A DNA stretch of 64,000 nt from an uncultured Planctomycetota bacterium (GCA_963849325.1 CAWKHF010000012.1:1344001-1408000); one strand, 5' to 3'; shown: positions 45,807 through 60,077, counted from the stretch's first letter. The notes: generated from the letters alone by a model not told the origin. Numbers and translations are program-made.

Positions 45807-48630
45807 CTATCGAAGCTCCCACAAGCAGACGATGCCATCCGCGCCGGCAGAGAAGGCACGGCGACCGTCGGACGAGACGCCGACACTCAGCACCGGCTTG
45901 TTGTGTACCTCGAAACTGTCCCGGCATTCGCCCGTTTGCAGGTTCCACCAGCGAACCGTGTGGTCGTAGCTGGCAGTCAGGGCGTGCCGACCGTCGGGCG
46001 TGAAACAGGCGGCGCGGACGTAGCCGGCATGGCCTTCGAGGCGGCGGATTTCCTTCTTGGTGGCCACGTCCCACAGACGCACCGTGCGGTCGGTGCCGCC
46101 GGTGAGCACCTGACGGCCGTCAGGCGAGAATGCCGCCGTCAACACCGGGCCGTTGTGCCCGACAAGGAAGCCGAGCTTCTTGTTGGCGAACGGGTCCCAC
46201 AGGACGCAAGCATCATCCTCGGTGCCGCTGGCAACGACGGTGTGCCCATCCGGCGAGAACGCCACGGCATAGAGGGTATCCGTCAGTCCCTTGAGCTTGC
46301 GCAGCTCGCGCCCCGTCGCTATCTCCCAGAAACGCACCGTGCCATCGCGGCTGGCGGTGACGGCATGGCGGCCGTCGGGGCTGAAGGCCACGCCGGTCAG
46401 CGCCTTGGTGTGGCCCTGGAAGCGGCGCGTCTCCTTGCCGGTCGAGACATCCCACAGGCGGGCCGTGTGATCGCCGCCGGCCGACAGGGCGAATCGTCCG
46501 TCCGGGCTGAGGGCCAACGCCTGCACCTTGTCGGTGTGGCCCTCCCATACGGCGACCTCCTTGCCGCTGGCCGCGTCCCACACGCGCAGCGTGCCATCCC
46601 AGCCGGCGGAGAGGATGCGCCGGCCGTCCGGCGTCAGAGCGGCGCCCGTTACCCAACCGTCGTGCCCGCCGCAGCGAACGATCGGCAAACGTCTCGGCTC
46701 CAGGCTCCACAGCTTGAGCATCTCATCCTGGCCGGTGGTGACGAGGAAGTTCCCGGCGGACGCCACGACGATGGAACCGATGGCGCCGTGATGGCCAGTC
46801 AGCAACACCTGCTCCTGCCAGGAATCCGTCGCCCATAACACCAGGCCGGACCCGGCGTGGCCGCTGACCAGCTGCGCCGTCGGGAGTGAAGGCCAGCGCG
46901 CGCACGGCGCTCCGCTGCTTGCGCGTCAGCAGCAGTTTGTGCTCGGGCAGTTGCCAGAGCTTGAAAGTCGCATCACTGCCGCCCGTCGCCAGCAGCGGAG
47001 CATGGGGAGCGAAGGCCAGCGCCGTCACGTCGCCAGCGTGGGCGGACCAACTCGCTGTCTCCTGGCCGGTGGACACGTCCCACAGTTTGACAACGCCTGC
47101 GCCTTGTCCGTCCTTGTCGCCGCCGCTGGCCAGCAGTCTGCCATCCGGAGAGAAGGCCAGGCGCGCGATGCTGGTTTCGTGGCCGGTCCAGGCAGCTCGT
47201 TCGCGCAGCGGCTCGGGCACCGCCGCGGCATCGGGTACGTCCCACAACAAAATGGCGTGGTCGGCGCCGGCCGTGGCGAGGGTCTTGCCGTCGGGGGAGA
47301 AGGCCGCGGTGCGCACGGCGTTGCGATGGCCGCCCAGCGAGGCGATGGGTCGCCCGTCCGGCACCGACCACAGGCGAGCCGTGCGGTCGCGGCTGGCGCT
47401 GGCCAGTAGCTTGCCGTCCGGCGCGAAGGCCAGCCCGACCACGCCCGCCCGGTGTCCGCGCAGCGTCGCCTTCACCTGCCAGGTCTTCACGTCGCGGAGC
47501 ACGATGGTCCGATCGTCACCGGCGGTGGCGACGGTACTGCCGTCAGGCGAGAGGGCGGCGATCGCATGCAGTCCGTGGCCCGCGCGCTGCGTGTGCCGTG
47601 CCTGCAAGCGCGGGATACTGGCGTCCCATAGCTCGATGGTGCGGTCGGCAGCGGCGCTGGCCAGCTGCCGGCCGCTCGGCGCGAAGGCCAGGCACGTCAC
47701 GCTCTCGCTGTGCCCTTCCAGGGTCGCCAACTCCGCGCCCGTCTGCACGTCCCACAATTTGATGAGGCGGTCGAAGCCGCCGGTGGCCAGCAGCTGGCCG
47801 CGCGGCGAAAACGCCACGGAGAAGACGAGATCGTTGTGCCCTTCCAGCGAACGCACTTCCCGGCCTTTCGCCACGTCCCAGAGCTTGACCGCCTTGTCCT
47901 CGCCAACGCTCGCCAGCCATTTGCCGTCCGGCGAGAACGCCACGCCGCGCACCGTTCCCTCGTGTCCCTCCAGGGCCGCTTTCTCCTCAAACGTGTGCGC
48001 GTCCCACAGACGAACGCGGCGGTCGGCGCCGGCGGAAGCCAGCAGTTTCTCATCCGGCGAAAACGCGACAGCGCGGACGGTCCCTCGATGGCCCTTCAGG
48101 GTGGCGCGCTCGGCGCCCGTGGCCACGTCCCAGACCTTGACCACGCGATCGTAACCGGCCGAGGCCAGCGTTTTGCCGTTTGGAGAAAAAGCGACTCCGT
48201 AAATCCAGTTTTTGTGCCCCGTGAGTGTTCGCAGTTCCTTGCGAGCGGCGACGTCCCAGAGTTTGATGGTCTGATCGTAGCTGGCCGAGGCCAGGAGCTT
48301 GCCGTCCGGGGAGAAGGCCAGGCTGGAGATGGCGTCGCCGTGGCCGGCGAGCAAGGCGACGCGCTTGCCGCTGAGGACGTCCCAGAGCTTGACCAGTTTG
48401 TCGGCGCCGCCGGCTGCCAGCGTCTCGCGGTCGGGAGAATACGCCACCGCGAGCATCTCGGCGGAGTCGTCGCCCAGCGGCGTCGGCTGCGGATCGAATC
48501 GCGTCGGCTCCGGGAACGACAGCCGCGCCGGGGCCTTCACGGCGGGCTGCTGTACGCGGGCCACGCCGCACAGGCTCGCCACGATGGCCACCGCCAGGAC
48601 GGCCCCGAGGAAACGCGCATGTCGTCGCAT
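45807..48630 (-). CDS. Secreted multi-propeller WD40-repeat protein (frameshift near 46870)
   Basis: About 20 GH...AFSPDG...LWD repeats; signal-like N-terminus. Confidence 0.92.
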
Positions 48631-48644
48631 GGGTCGCTCTCTCC

Positions 48645-51600
48645 TCACTTCTTCGCGTCCTTCACCGCCCACAGCGTCTCCTCATCGGGCACCTGGCGCG
48701 GCCACTGTCCGCGGTAGGTCACGTTGCGGACGCGGATCGTCGTGTCGTCGGCGTAGTGGAACAGGCCGAAGGTCCGCTGGTTCGTCGATTCGAGCACGCG
48801 CTGGTACACCTCGACGCCGTTGAGGTGTAACGTCACCGTGTCGCCGGTCAGCGACAGTTTCAGGTGATTCCATGCCTTCGGTTTCAGCGGCAGCGCCGCC
48901 GGGCCGCGCCGATTGTTCGGCTCGGTCGTGGCGTTGTCCAGCGACAGGCCGGTACGGTCGTGGACGCCGTCGGTCAGCCAGTGGATGCGCACGCCCTCCG
49001 GGTCGAGCAGGAACACGAGGCGGTCGAGGGCGGGATGGCCGTGTACCTTGTCCGGTTCGTAGAAGAAGTCATACTCGATCTCGCCGTCTTCCAGCAGGGG
49101 ACGATGATAGTGCAGCGCTTGCTCCTGCCAGGTCCGCGGCGGCGGCGGGCGGTCGCCCCGCGGCTCCGCCCGGCTGCCGTGACTGACGATGGTGTCGCCG
49201 CGCTTCTGCCAGCCGCTGGAGTCGTAGGAACGCCAGCCGGTCAGGTCGGGCAGCGCCGACAGCGACAACGATTGTGGCACCTGCGGCCGGCCGGTGATTT
49301 TCAAGTCGCGGACGCCGGCCGTGAGCTGATGATCGGCGAGCAGCATCAGCCACGGGTCCGCGTCATCCAGTAGCCACTCCTCGCACATCTTGCGGTCGTT
49401 GACGAAGACGGTCCAGGTTGCGCCGCGGACGACGAGACGGAACTTGTACCAGGGACCGGGGGCCGGCAACGGCGGGACGAGGTCGCCGACACGGATGCGC
49501 TCGGAGAATCGGTTCAGATTGTAGCTCTTGAGCGTGTAGAGCAGGTCAAAGCGCAGACCGCCGTAGGCCAGCCGCATCTCGCGCCAGCCGAAGGATGTCA
49601 GCTCACAGGAAACCTCGAAGTCGCCCCGGAGCGGCATGCGCAGATACAGGTAATCCTGAGCGCGACCGGGGTAATGCTTGACGACGCCGCCATCCTCGAC
49701 GGCCCAGTGCGTTTTCGGCGAACCGATGCCGCGCGGCATCGCCCAGTTGTGAGACACGGGGTTCCAGTACAGGAGGCCGGGATCTTCGCCGAAGGCGTGC
49801 CTCGGCGGCGGCGACCGCAAGACCTGGATGGCGGCGCGAGCCTGCTTGACGTGCCGGATCCATTGATCGCGGCTGGGCAGCGGAATTCCTTTGACGATCC
49901 CCTCTTCCATCTGCTTGACCTGCGTCTCCAGCAGCGCCAGCGCCGCGGCGCGAAGGGCGGGGCGGCTCATCGCCCCCTTGGCGGCCACCAGTTCGGGCCA
50001 GCGCCGCCAGGTCGGCTCGTCCAGCGGTCGTGCGGCGATCCATCGCGTCAATTCGTCGAGGGCCGTCCGCGCCGGCTCATCCCGTTCCTGAGCAGCCCAC
50101 ACCAACACCTGCATCGCCAACCGCCCCCGCGCCTGCCGGGGATCCGAAGCGTGCTCGACGTGCTTGGCCAATTCGGCGAGTTTACCGAGTTTTTTCGCCA
50201 ATCTCACCAACTCCAGGGCGGGCGCTTCGAGTTCGCCTCCGGTCTGCACGCGACGGCCCGAAGGCAGCGGCTTCGGCGCCACCGGCGGGGCCGGGTCAGC
50301 CGGCGTGAACTCGCCGGCCATCTGGAAGACCGAATGGCCCTCGCCCGGCAGCACCCACGCCGCCAAAAGCTCAAAAGCCTTTTCGTCGGGCAAGGCTCGT
50401 GCCTGCCGCAGAATGTGGTCCGCATTCAGCAAGAAGAACTTCTCGCCGATTAGCGCCCGGCGGATCGCCCCGTCCGTGACTGGCCCGGCCGCAACGAGCG
50501 GATCGGCCAATTCCTTGTCGCTCAGCTTCGCGGGCCAGTCGCCGGTGAGGACGACGTTGCGGACCTGCACGGCAGTGCGATTCTTGTAGTGGAATAAGCC
50601 GAATGTGCGGGCATTATCCGGTTCCAGCTTCTGTTCGCAAATGGTGGCGCCGTTCAATTCGAGCTTCACTCCGTCTGCGGTCAAGGAGACCTGGAGCCGG
50701 TTCCACTCGTTGGCCTTGAACGGCAGCGGCCCGGCCGCGCGGCCGTCGGCCGCCTCGACGGCGTTGTCCGTCGCCAGGCCGGTCCAATCATTGCCGTCAT
50801 TCTCGCCCAGCCAGTGCAGGCGCATGCGCTCCGGCCCTAGCAGGAAGGCGAGCCGGCCCAGGGCGGGATACACCATCACCTCGCCGGGCCGATAGAAGAA
50901 CTCGTAGCGCAACGTCTCGCCGGAACGCAGAGGGCGGAAGTACGACAGCAGGCTGCCCACGCCTTCGCGCCCCGGAAGATCGCGGGCGTGCCGGCCGTGG
51001 ATTTCCCCCTCACGGGAGTACCAGTCGAAAGAGGATAACTCCCTTTTCCGATTCGGTATGTCTGTTTCTTCCTCATCCGAGCTGTCCGCCTGTTTGTTCA
51101 GACGTGTGGGCTGACTGTCCTGGTAGAAGCTGGATACCCAGCCCTCCAGGCGGTCTCCGTGGCTGAGTCGGACCTCGCGGGGCACCTGCGGCGTGCCGCG
51201 GATTTGCGGGTTGCGGAAGACGGTATGTCGCTCGCGGCTGGCGAACAGGGCCAGCCACGGACTCGTCGGGCTGGGGTCCGTCTGCTCGTGGACGAGTCGG
51301 CCGTTGACCAGCCAGCGCAGCTTGCCCGGCTCGACCTGGACCGTGAAGCGGTTAAAGGTGTCGTGGTGGAGGGCGCCGGCGAGCAGGTAGATTTGTTCGT
51401 GGGCACCCACCGGCCAGAACCGACTGGTCGAGGTAGGGTTCGGCTCGAACACCATGCCGGCGTAGCCCATGTGGCCCTCGGCCCAGCCGCCGTGGTAGGC
51501 ATCGACCGAGAACTCAAACGATCCGGTAAGCGGATAATCATAGAGCAGGAATTGATGATCGGGACCGAGCAGATGGGCGACGTGACCTTCGTGGGCAACC

Positions 51601-54600
51601 CACCAGGCAGGCAGCGTTCCGCTGGGGCGAGCGGCGCCGGACTCGTAATTACCTGGGTGCCAGTGTTTCAACTCCGGCTGGCGCGGACCTGACGCTTGCG
51701 GCTTAGCGCCAGACCGCAAACGGCTCTGGGCCACGTTCTCACGCAGATGGATCAGCATCGACCAGTTGCGGCTACGCTGGGCCAGGGAAAGGAGCGCGTC
51801 GGCCAGGGCGTGCCCCGGCGCGGACAGGTGGGCATCGCTCAGGCAGGCCCGCGCCAGCAGGTAATCCGTCCATTCGACCTGCGGTCCCTCGTTCTGCTGT
51901 CCAGGGTAGTAGTACGGCGAGCGGACGGGCGGCGGTGCCGCCAGCGTCTTGCGCACCCGTTCGAGGTGCTGCTTGACCGCGTCCTCGACGGAGGCGCCTT
52001 GACCGCGCGCGATCTGAATTAGCGCATGGAGCGTATCGGCGTTCTCGACTTTCTTGGCAGCAAGCTGCTGGACCTCCGCGGCCAGCTCATCGAGCTTGCC
52101 CGTGTCTCGCGCCGCCTCGATGAGTAGATCGGGCGTATTCAGCACGCCTCCCCGTGGAACGCGGTACTTGCCGAAGGCGGCCGGCGGCGCCTCCGTCGGC
52201 ACGAAGCCGCCGAGGACGCGGACAGACCGGCGCACCAGCGTCGGCAGCGTCCAGCTCTTGAGCAACTCGTAGCGGCGCGGAGCGGGCAGAACGTCGAACT
52301 GGCGGGCGAAGCCGGCGACCAGATAATTGAGGGCGTCGCGGGGAACTTGCGCCTGTTGCTCGGCGGGGAGATCGACGACCATGCCGAGTAGATCCAGCGC
52401 ATCGCCGAGGAGGCCGGCGCGGATGTACGCGCGGACCACGTTCTGCATTTGCTGGACCAACTGCGACTGGCCACCTTTGCCGACCAGATTGCGCAGACCC
52501 AGAGCCGTCACTTCCTTGAGCCGTGTCCGTCCCTCCTTCGTCTTGCCGTGCTCGAAATCGTGACGCGCCAGGAACAGGAGCACATTCATGGCCGAATCCT
52601 CAGCGCCGGCCGCGATCAAGTTCTTGGCCGCTCGTTCGAGCACCGGCAGGGCGGTCGGGGCCAACTCGGGTTTGGAGAGGGCCGGCGCCGCCACCTGAAC
52701 GAGCAGGTCGGCGGTGTGTCGCAAGTTGTCCTTGTGCAAACTCTGCTCGAACTCCTGGAGCAGTTCGCCGAGGCGAGCGTTGTCCCCAGCAACCCAGGCT
52801 ACCTGCGCCAGCAGAACGCGGGCGTTCAATTCGCCCAGCGGCTTGTCCTTCCGGGACGCGACACGCTGGCGCAGATCGTCGAGGCGGTCGGCCTTTTTCG
52901 CGGCCTCGGCGAGCAGCCGGCCGACGCTGTTGCCCGGCTGGGAGGGATCGGCGCCGGAGTCCGGCGTGTACAGGAAGACCTCGGCGGGCCGCGCCGCGGG
53001 CAGCACCACATCGGCCAGCGCATCGTAGATGTCCGACTCCGGCACCCCGCCGCGCCGCCAGCGCGCGACCAGTTCGCTCAGCTGGTTGGCGACGGCATAA
53101 CTGTGCTGGCCGGCGTCGTCGGCGACGGAAAGTGAGGAGCCGCCGCCAGCGACGGAAAGAGAGTAGACGCCGCCAGCGACCATCGCGTTTCGCCGTCGGC
53201 CGAAGTTCGAGTTACCGGACACCGGCGGGCCGCCGCGCAGGGCGTCGCGGACGGCCCGCAACGATAGAGCGAACATCTTTCGCTCGGCCGCCAGCTTGGC
53301 CACTTCCGCGGCCCGATCGAATTGCTGGTTCGTGACGCCGGGCACAAGCAAGTCCACCGCCGCTTGCGCCTTGCGTGGCGGCGGCGCGACGGGAGCCGGC
53401 GTAGGGGCCGCGAGCGCGAAATACGTGTCAGGAACCTTTTTCCGGCCGGCCACGAAAAAGGTTCCTGACACGTATTTCGCCGCCCGCGCTGACGCTCGCG
53501 GCTCGGATTTTTTCGACGGCGCGGGCAGCACAACGTCGAGAATCTCGGCCCAGCGCTGTTCCGCCGCCTGACGGTCGCCGCGATCCAGCTCGATTTGTCC
53601 CCATTCGCGCAACATGGCCAACGCGAAGTGCGGTTCCAACTGTCGCCGGGCCGCGTCCACGGCCCGACGGCCGAGTTGCTCGCCCGCCGCCCGCAACGGC
53701 TGTCGGCGCAGACAGTCGCGGGCCACCAGCCACAAGCCGATTTGTCGCGCTGCCTCGCGCGCTGGCGGGCGTTGGCGCGCTTCCCTGCGGGTAGCTTCTC
53801 CAACGGCAGCGCAGCGACGAACTTGTTCAGCCGCTCGACCGCTTCACTGGCTCGCTCCGGCTTGTCCTCCGTCAGCGCTTCCAGCGCCGCCGCGATCCGC
53901 ACGGACACGTCGCGCGGATGCTCGGCCCGCAGTTTCGCCAGGGCCGCTCGCGCTTCCGTCTGCGCTTCCGGCTTCTTCGCCGCCGCGTGCAAGGCCCGCT
54001 CCAACATGCTCGTCAGCCGGGCGTCCGGCAGTTCGCGCGGCTGCACCAGCAGCAACAGGTCCAGCGCCGCCGCATCGCCTTTGAGGTCGGGGCGCGGCGT
54101 GAGCACGTCGCGCACCGCCTCGGCCAGCGTCGCCGGCTTGAGACCCTTGATGGCGTTGTGCAGCGCGCGCTCCGCCTGCTGCTTCAGCCAGTTGCCATTA
54201 AAGTTGGCCGCGGCTTCCAGGGTCTCGCTATCGTCGAGCAGTTCGCTACAGAGACGCACGGCATCGACGGGGTAGCCCATCTCGGTGAGCGAGTTCGCCA
54301 GTGCCGAGGTGTTCTGGATGCGCCGGTAGGCGGCGTAGCCGGGGTCGTACTGATCGGGGGTCGGCCGCGAGCACTTCAGCAACAGCGTCCGCGCCTTGCG
54401 CTTGCACCCGCCTCACGGTAGAGGTTCACCAGCAGGCGAACCGGGCTGTAGCTGTAATCCAAGTTGGAGTCGGTGAGCATGTCCTCAATGCCACCTTCCA
54501 GCGTCTCCAGGGCGAGGTCGCGCATCGACTCGTAATCGGTCAGCTCCTGGCCGAAGATGAAGCGCGGCCAGGTCGGCATCGGGTTCTCCTTGTCGTCGAG

Positions 54601-57600
54601 CAGCTCGCGCCAGGCGCGGCGGGCCTCGTCCGTTCGGCCGCGCTGAAGGTTCAACACGGCCAGCAGCGCTTTACCGGCGCTCCATCCGGGGCGCTTGGCC
54701 AGCGCCTCCTCGACCTCGCGCGTCAACGGCCGGAGCCGGTTCTGCCGCCGCGCCGCTTCCAGCAGGCGCGTGACGACGGCGCTGACCCGGCCATCGCCGC
54801 CGTAGCTGATGACCTCCTCGCTGCCCCGCCACGGATCGATGACGATGTCGCCTTGCGGGATGACGGCCTGGCGCGCGTAGTCGTAGACCTCTGGCAGCTG
54901 CCATAGCTCATTCTGGTACAGCGAACCCAGAATGTGCGACCGTTCCTGCGGAAAGGCCTCCCACACCTTGCGGAACAGCTTCAAGCCCTGGGCGCGCGTG
55001 CGCTCCTGTTGGAACAGCGGCTGCAACACGTTGAGGAACACCCAGTAGTTGCCGCCCGCCGCCTTGAGGTCGATCTCGTCGAACAGCTTCACCAACTCTT
55101 CGGTCTTTCCGGCCTGGGCGAAGACCTGTTCGATGTCCCAGTAGTCCGAGGCGAACAGCGCCGGGTCCTTGCGGATGGCGACGCGGTAGCGCTCCGTGGC
55201 CGCGACCAGTTCACCGACCTGCTGGAGCTGCTGGGCGATCTGGAACTGGATCTTGGCGTCGTCGGGCCGCACCTTCGCCATGCGCCCGGCGATGTCCTTG
55301 ACCTTGTCCTTGTCGCCGGCCGCCTTGTAATACTCCAGCAGTGTCTGGTGCAGCTCCAGCGACTGCGGCGCCGCCTTGAGCTGGGCCTCGGCCCGCGCGA
55401 TCATCTCGCTGAGCTTGCCGGAACGAACTAAAACCTGAATCGCCTCGGCCCGGCCGTCGTTCTCGCGCGAGTAGTAGCGGGGCATGAACGTCAGCGACGG
55501 ACCCTTGCGCAGCAGCTTGCGGGCGATCTGCACCGCTAGGTCGATGTGGTTCTGGTTCTGATACTGATGCATCAGACTGATGAGGGCGGCGGTACGATGG
55601 CCGGCTTGGTGGTGGGCGCGGCCAAGCACCTTCTCGGCGGCATCGTGCATGCCGAGCTGGTTCATCTGGGCGGCGAGTTGTACCTGCGTCTCCGCGTCCA
55701 GGCGCAGGCCGAATAGCCGATCGGCGGCGCGGCGGGCGCGTTCGACATCGCCGATCTTCACCGCCACGCGCAGGGCGGCGATCTCGCGCTGCTGCATGGT
55801 CGTGTGGTCCAGCGGCGTGATGCCGTCGAGAATGGCCAGCGCCTCGCGCGGCTCGTTATTGCTCTCGCGCAGACGGGCCACCTCCAGGCGCAGGTACACG
55901 TCGGCGGGGGCTAGGTCGCTGGCCGCGTTCATCGCGGTCAGGGCTTGCTCGTACTCGTGGTTCCACCAGTGCAGAGCGGCGAGCGTGAGACGCAAAGACA
56001 CCTTGTCGGCGGCGTCGGCCTTGTCCAGTTCCTGCCGAAACTGGCCGAACAGGTCGCTCACCAGGTCATCGCGTTTGTACAACTCGAAAGCGTTGCGCAG
56101 CAGCTCGATAGCGGCGCCGTCGAGGTAGTCATTGGGCTGCGGAAAGTCGATGGCGATCTGCCGGCGACTGTTGCCGACATACACGGAATAATTGCCCTGC
56201 CACGACGACGTTGCGCGACCCGATGAGGTGCGCCCGGATGCCTGATGCTGGTGCCGGTAGGCCGTCAGGTAGGCCAGGTAGAGCGGAGGGATGGTGGCGT
56301 GTGCCTTGGCATCGGCGCGGGCACGCATGGCCTCTTCCAGCGCCGACGCCGCCTGCCGGATGTTCAGGGGAGCGCCGGCTACGGCGCGGGAGCGCTGCCT
56401 TGCAGCTTGTTGAGCCGATCGAAGAAGCCCAAGACGGTGTCGAGATCGCCGCGTTTGGCGGCGACGAAGAGCACCTGACGAAGAAGGCCGGGTTGCCCGC
56501 CCGCCGACGCGGTCGCCACGGCATCGCGGTAGACTTGCTCTTCCTCCTTCGTCCTCTTGGCCCGCTTCAGTTCCGTGAGGACGTTCGTCAGCACGTCCGT
56601 CGTCAGCCACTGCGGCTTCTCCTTGCGTAGGGTTTGGAAGCCGGCCACGACGCGATCCAGTTCGTCGGCCGGCAGCGGCGGCGTGGTGTCCACGGCGCCA
56701 GGCCGGGACGACCGACCGGAGCGATCGGTGCCCGTCCGCCCGGACAGGGCGTGCAAGTAGGCCCATTGGCCGGCCGGGTCCGACGAGCGGGCCAGTTCCC
56801 GCGCTGCCGCGCAGATCTCGCGCGTGTCCTGCCGCAGCAGTTGCAGGTAATACCAGTCCCAGGCGGCATGAGGCGACGACGACCCACGGGCCGGCCGGTG
56901 CTCCGTCAGGAAGGCGTCGCCGTGGTTCTTCTTCTGGGCAAACCCCATCAGCCAGGCCAGGGCGGCCATGCGCGCCTGGCCGAAGTCGCGCGGCATCCAG
57001 ACACGAGGCGAGGAGCCGGAGTTGAAGTCATAGCGCGAGTCCAGCCCCGTGAAGGCGCGGATCTCCCAAACGTTCTGGGTACGCTGCGCCAGCGGCACCT
57101 CGTCCGGCAGGAGGGTCATCGAGGTCGAGCTTCCCACGGCGCGGCCTGGCTTCGGCTTCTGGCCCGCCTTGAGCGCCGCGCCTTTCTCGTCGTCGGACAG
57201 GCGCAGGTCGAGCAGGACCTGGAAGTCGCCGGCCGGCCTCGTCCTGCCGGTGCAGGTCGGCCAGGGCGGCGCCTTCACGGTAGAGCAGTTCCCAGTTGCC
57301 CGGCTTCTGCGTCAGCAGCCGCCGTGTGATGGCGAGCACGGCATCGGCCTTCCCGTGGGCGAGCAGGGAATCGATGGCCTGCAAATTGCGGTGCGGCTCC
57401 GTTTCGCCGGCGACCAGCTGGACCCAGATCGTCGCCGCCTCGTCCGACTCGCCGGCCTTGACCAGGAGCTGCGCCAGTCGCAGCCGGGCGTCGTGACTGT
57501 TCGGCGCCGCCTGCGCGAGCTGACGCTGGTACTTCAGGGCCACGATGTTGTCGCCCTCACGCTCGGCCAATTGAGATAGCTGTTGAAGCAATTGCGTATC

Positions 57601-60077
57601 GCGCGAATTCTCGGAGAGTAGGCGTTCGAGCTGCTGCCGGGCCGTGCCCAGGTCGCCGGCCGCCTGGTATGCCTGGGCCAGGCAGATGGTCATCTCGCGT
57701 TGCTTGTCCGCCTCGCGCCGCTCGCGCTCCAGCCGCTCCAGCAGCCGGTCGAACTGGTTGTTTTGCAGATACAATTCGGTCAGGCGCGAGACGATGCCCA
57801 GCTTGCCCTCCAGGTCGTTGCTCTTCTCGAAGGCCCGCCAGAACAGTTCGATGGCCTCGCCGGTGCGGAAGCGCTCGGCCAGGGCGTTGGCCAGCGTCAG
57901 CAGTCCTTGCGGCTCCGACGGGTTGGCCCGCACCGAGCGGCGCAGCGATTCCAGCCCTTCTTCGCCCTCGCCGAGTTGAAAGCACAACTCGGCGAAAAAT
58001 TTGTAGTGGTCGGGGTTGCCGGGCGCCGCCGCCAGCAGATCGCGGCCGGCTTGAATCGCCTCGGCGCGGCGTCCCAACCGCGCCTCCAGCTTGGCGACGG
58101 CCGTCAGGTACTCGGTGCGGAAGCGACGGTCCAGGGCGGCGAGCTTGCGGTTGGTCTCGGCGGCCAGGAGGAGGTTGCCGCCCGTCTCGTGGATGCGGGC
58201 CGCCGATGCCAGGATGGGGATCGATTTGCCATCGAGCGCGACGGCCTTGCCGATGGCCGCCGTCGCCTCGGCCATCTGCCGGCTCGTCTCGTAATAGCGT
58301 GCCAGCCGGTGCCAGCGCTGGGCCGGAGCGTCCTTGTCCGCGTCGAGTTCCTTCTGCAACGCCGCAGTGCGCGCCGTCAACGTATCGGTGGCCTGGTAGA
58401 CCTTGATCTGTGCTTGCAGAACGCTTTCGCTCTCCTCGGCGTTACCGGCCAGCTTGGCGGCGGCGTCGATCTGGGCCAAGGCGTCGTCGTTGCGGCCGTC
58501 GAGGTGCAACAGTTCGGCGTAACGCAGCCGCAGGTTGAAGTCGTCTTTCTCCAGGGCCACGGCGTCGGCGAAGGCGGCCACGGCCTCCTTGCGATAGCCG
58601 AAACCGCTGAACACTTCGCCGAGACGGGCCAGGTTTTTGGCGTTGCGATTGGCTCCCTCGGCGATGGGCCGCCACGTCGCCAGGGCGTCCTCGGGGCGTT
58701 TCAGGCCGTGGTAGTATTCGCCGAGATACTCGCGGTACTGCGGCGCGTCGGGGGCCAGTTCGATCGCGCGCTTGTACAGGGCGATGGCCTCGTCGGTCAT
58801 CCCCGCCGTGCGCACGAGGTCGGCCACCTGGGCGGTGACGACCGGGTCTTTCGGCCGTTTTTGCAGCAAACGCTTCCACACGTCGTAAGCGGCCTGTTTG
58901 CGCTCCTCCTCGGGCGCGAACGGTCGCGCAGCAGCAGCTTGCCCCATTCGCGCAGCGTATCGGGATTATTCGGATCGGTCTTGTCCATCGCCTCGTACTG
59001 GGCCGCCGCCTCGGGGTACTTCTGCTCGTAGACGAGCTGCTCGATCAGCGCCTGGCGCAGCGGGCGGCGCGACGGCGCTCTGTCGATGGCCTTCTCCAGC
59101 CAGGCGCGCGACTCGGGCATGCGCCCTTGACCGGCGAGGCCTGCGCGCAGCCGGGCGATGGCGTCGATGTCGCCGGGGTTTTTCGCCACCCAGCCTTCGT
59201 AGTATTTCGCCAGGCCGGCCAGGTCGTCGTTGCGCAGGAACACGTCTTCGATCTTGTGGCGGACCTCGCGGTACAGCCAGCTCTCGGGGTTCAGCTCGCC
59301 GAGCAAAGACTCGAAGTCGGCCAGCGCCTTCGGCGTCTGCTGGAGTCGGACCTTCAACTCGGCCGCCTCCATGCGGAAGGTCGCCTTCTGGTACGGATCG
59401 CGCGCCGCGCGCCAGCTTCTCGTAACGCGGCAGCGCCTGCTCGTACTGCCCCTCCTCGGCCAGCGTCGAGGCGATTTGCTCCTGCACGCGGCGATCGTCG
59501 GGGAAGATTTGTTCCAGCCGCGACCACACGGTCAGCGCTTTCTCGGTTCGCTGGGCGCGCTGGTAGACGCGGCCGAGTGCCTGGAAGATGTCGAGCAGGT
59601 CCGTCCGGGCCGGTTTGCGAGCGATGGCCCGCTCGAATGCCTCAGCGGCGGCGTCCGGTTGGCCGACCATCACCAGCGACTGCCCCAGGTAGTACGAGGC
59701 CAGGGCGTTGTCCGGCAGGCGTTTCTCCGCTTCGCGGAAAGCAGTCACCGCGTCGGCGTCCCGACCGCGCTGCGATTCCAGCAAGCCAACGACCATCCAG
59801 GCCGTCCCGCCGGCCGGCTCTTTCTTGCGCGCGTGCGATAATCGCGGAGAAGCTGGTCGAGGCTGCCGCGTTCGACGTGGTAGCCATAGATACGGTCCAG
59901 GGCCGTGCCGCGCCGCGGGTTCTTCTCCAGCACTGTCCGGAAGCGCTGCATGATCTGCTGTTCGCGCTGCTCCTCCTCCGTCAGCAGCGCCGGCTCCTCC
60001 GCGGCGGGCCAGGCCAGCCAGCCGGACACAAGGATCACGAGCGCCAGTGACAGTCCTGCCCTGCCGTGCCGTGTCAT
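48645..60077 (-). CDS. Giant (~3800 aa) exported TPR-rich protein with C-terminal DUF1581/DUF1583-like beta domains; many frameshifts
   Basis: Chain of overlapping ORFs from MTRHGRAGLSLALVIL to ...RTFGLFHY...NVTYRGQWP; TPR helices, duplicated YEFFY...HPALDRLVFLL...FGLFHY domain. Confidence 0.75.
51693..51724. repeat. Degenerate family-D palindrome read in-frame in the giant CDS
   Basis: cgcttgcggcttagcgccagaccgcaaacggc resembles 4170-4207; reads SRLRSGAKPQAS. Confidence 0.55.
53416..53480. repeat. Perfect 27-bp-arm palindrome, family G (aaaaaggttcctgacac), in-frame within the giant CDS
   Basis: gcgaaatacgtgtcaggaacctttttc / gaaaaaggttcctgacacgtatttcgc; reads AKYVSGTFFVAGRKKVPDTYFA. Confidence 0.9.
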
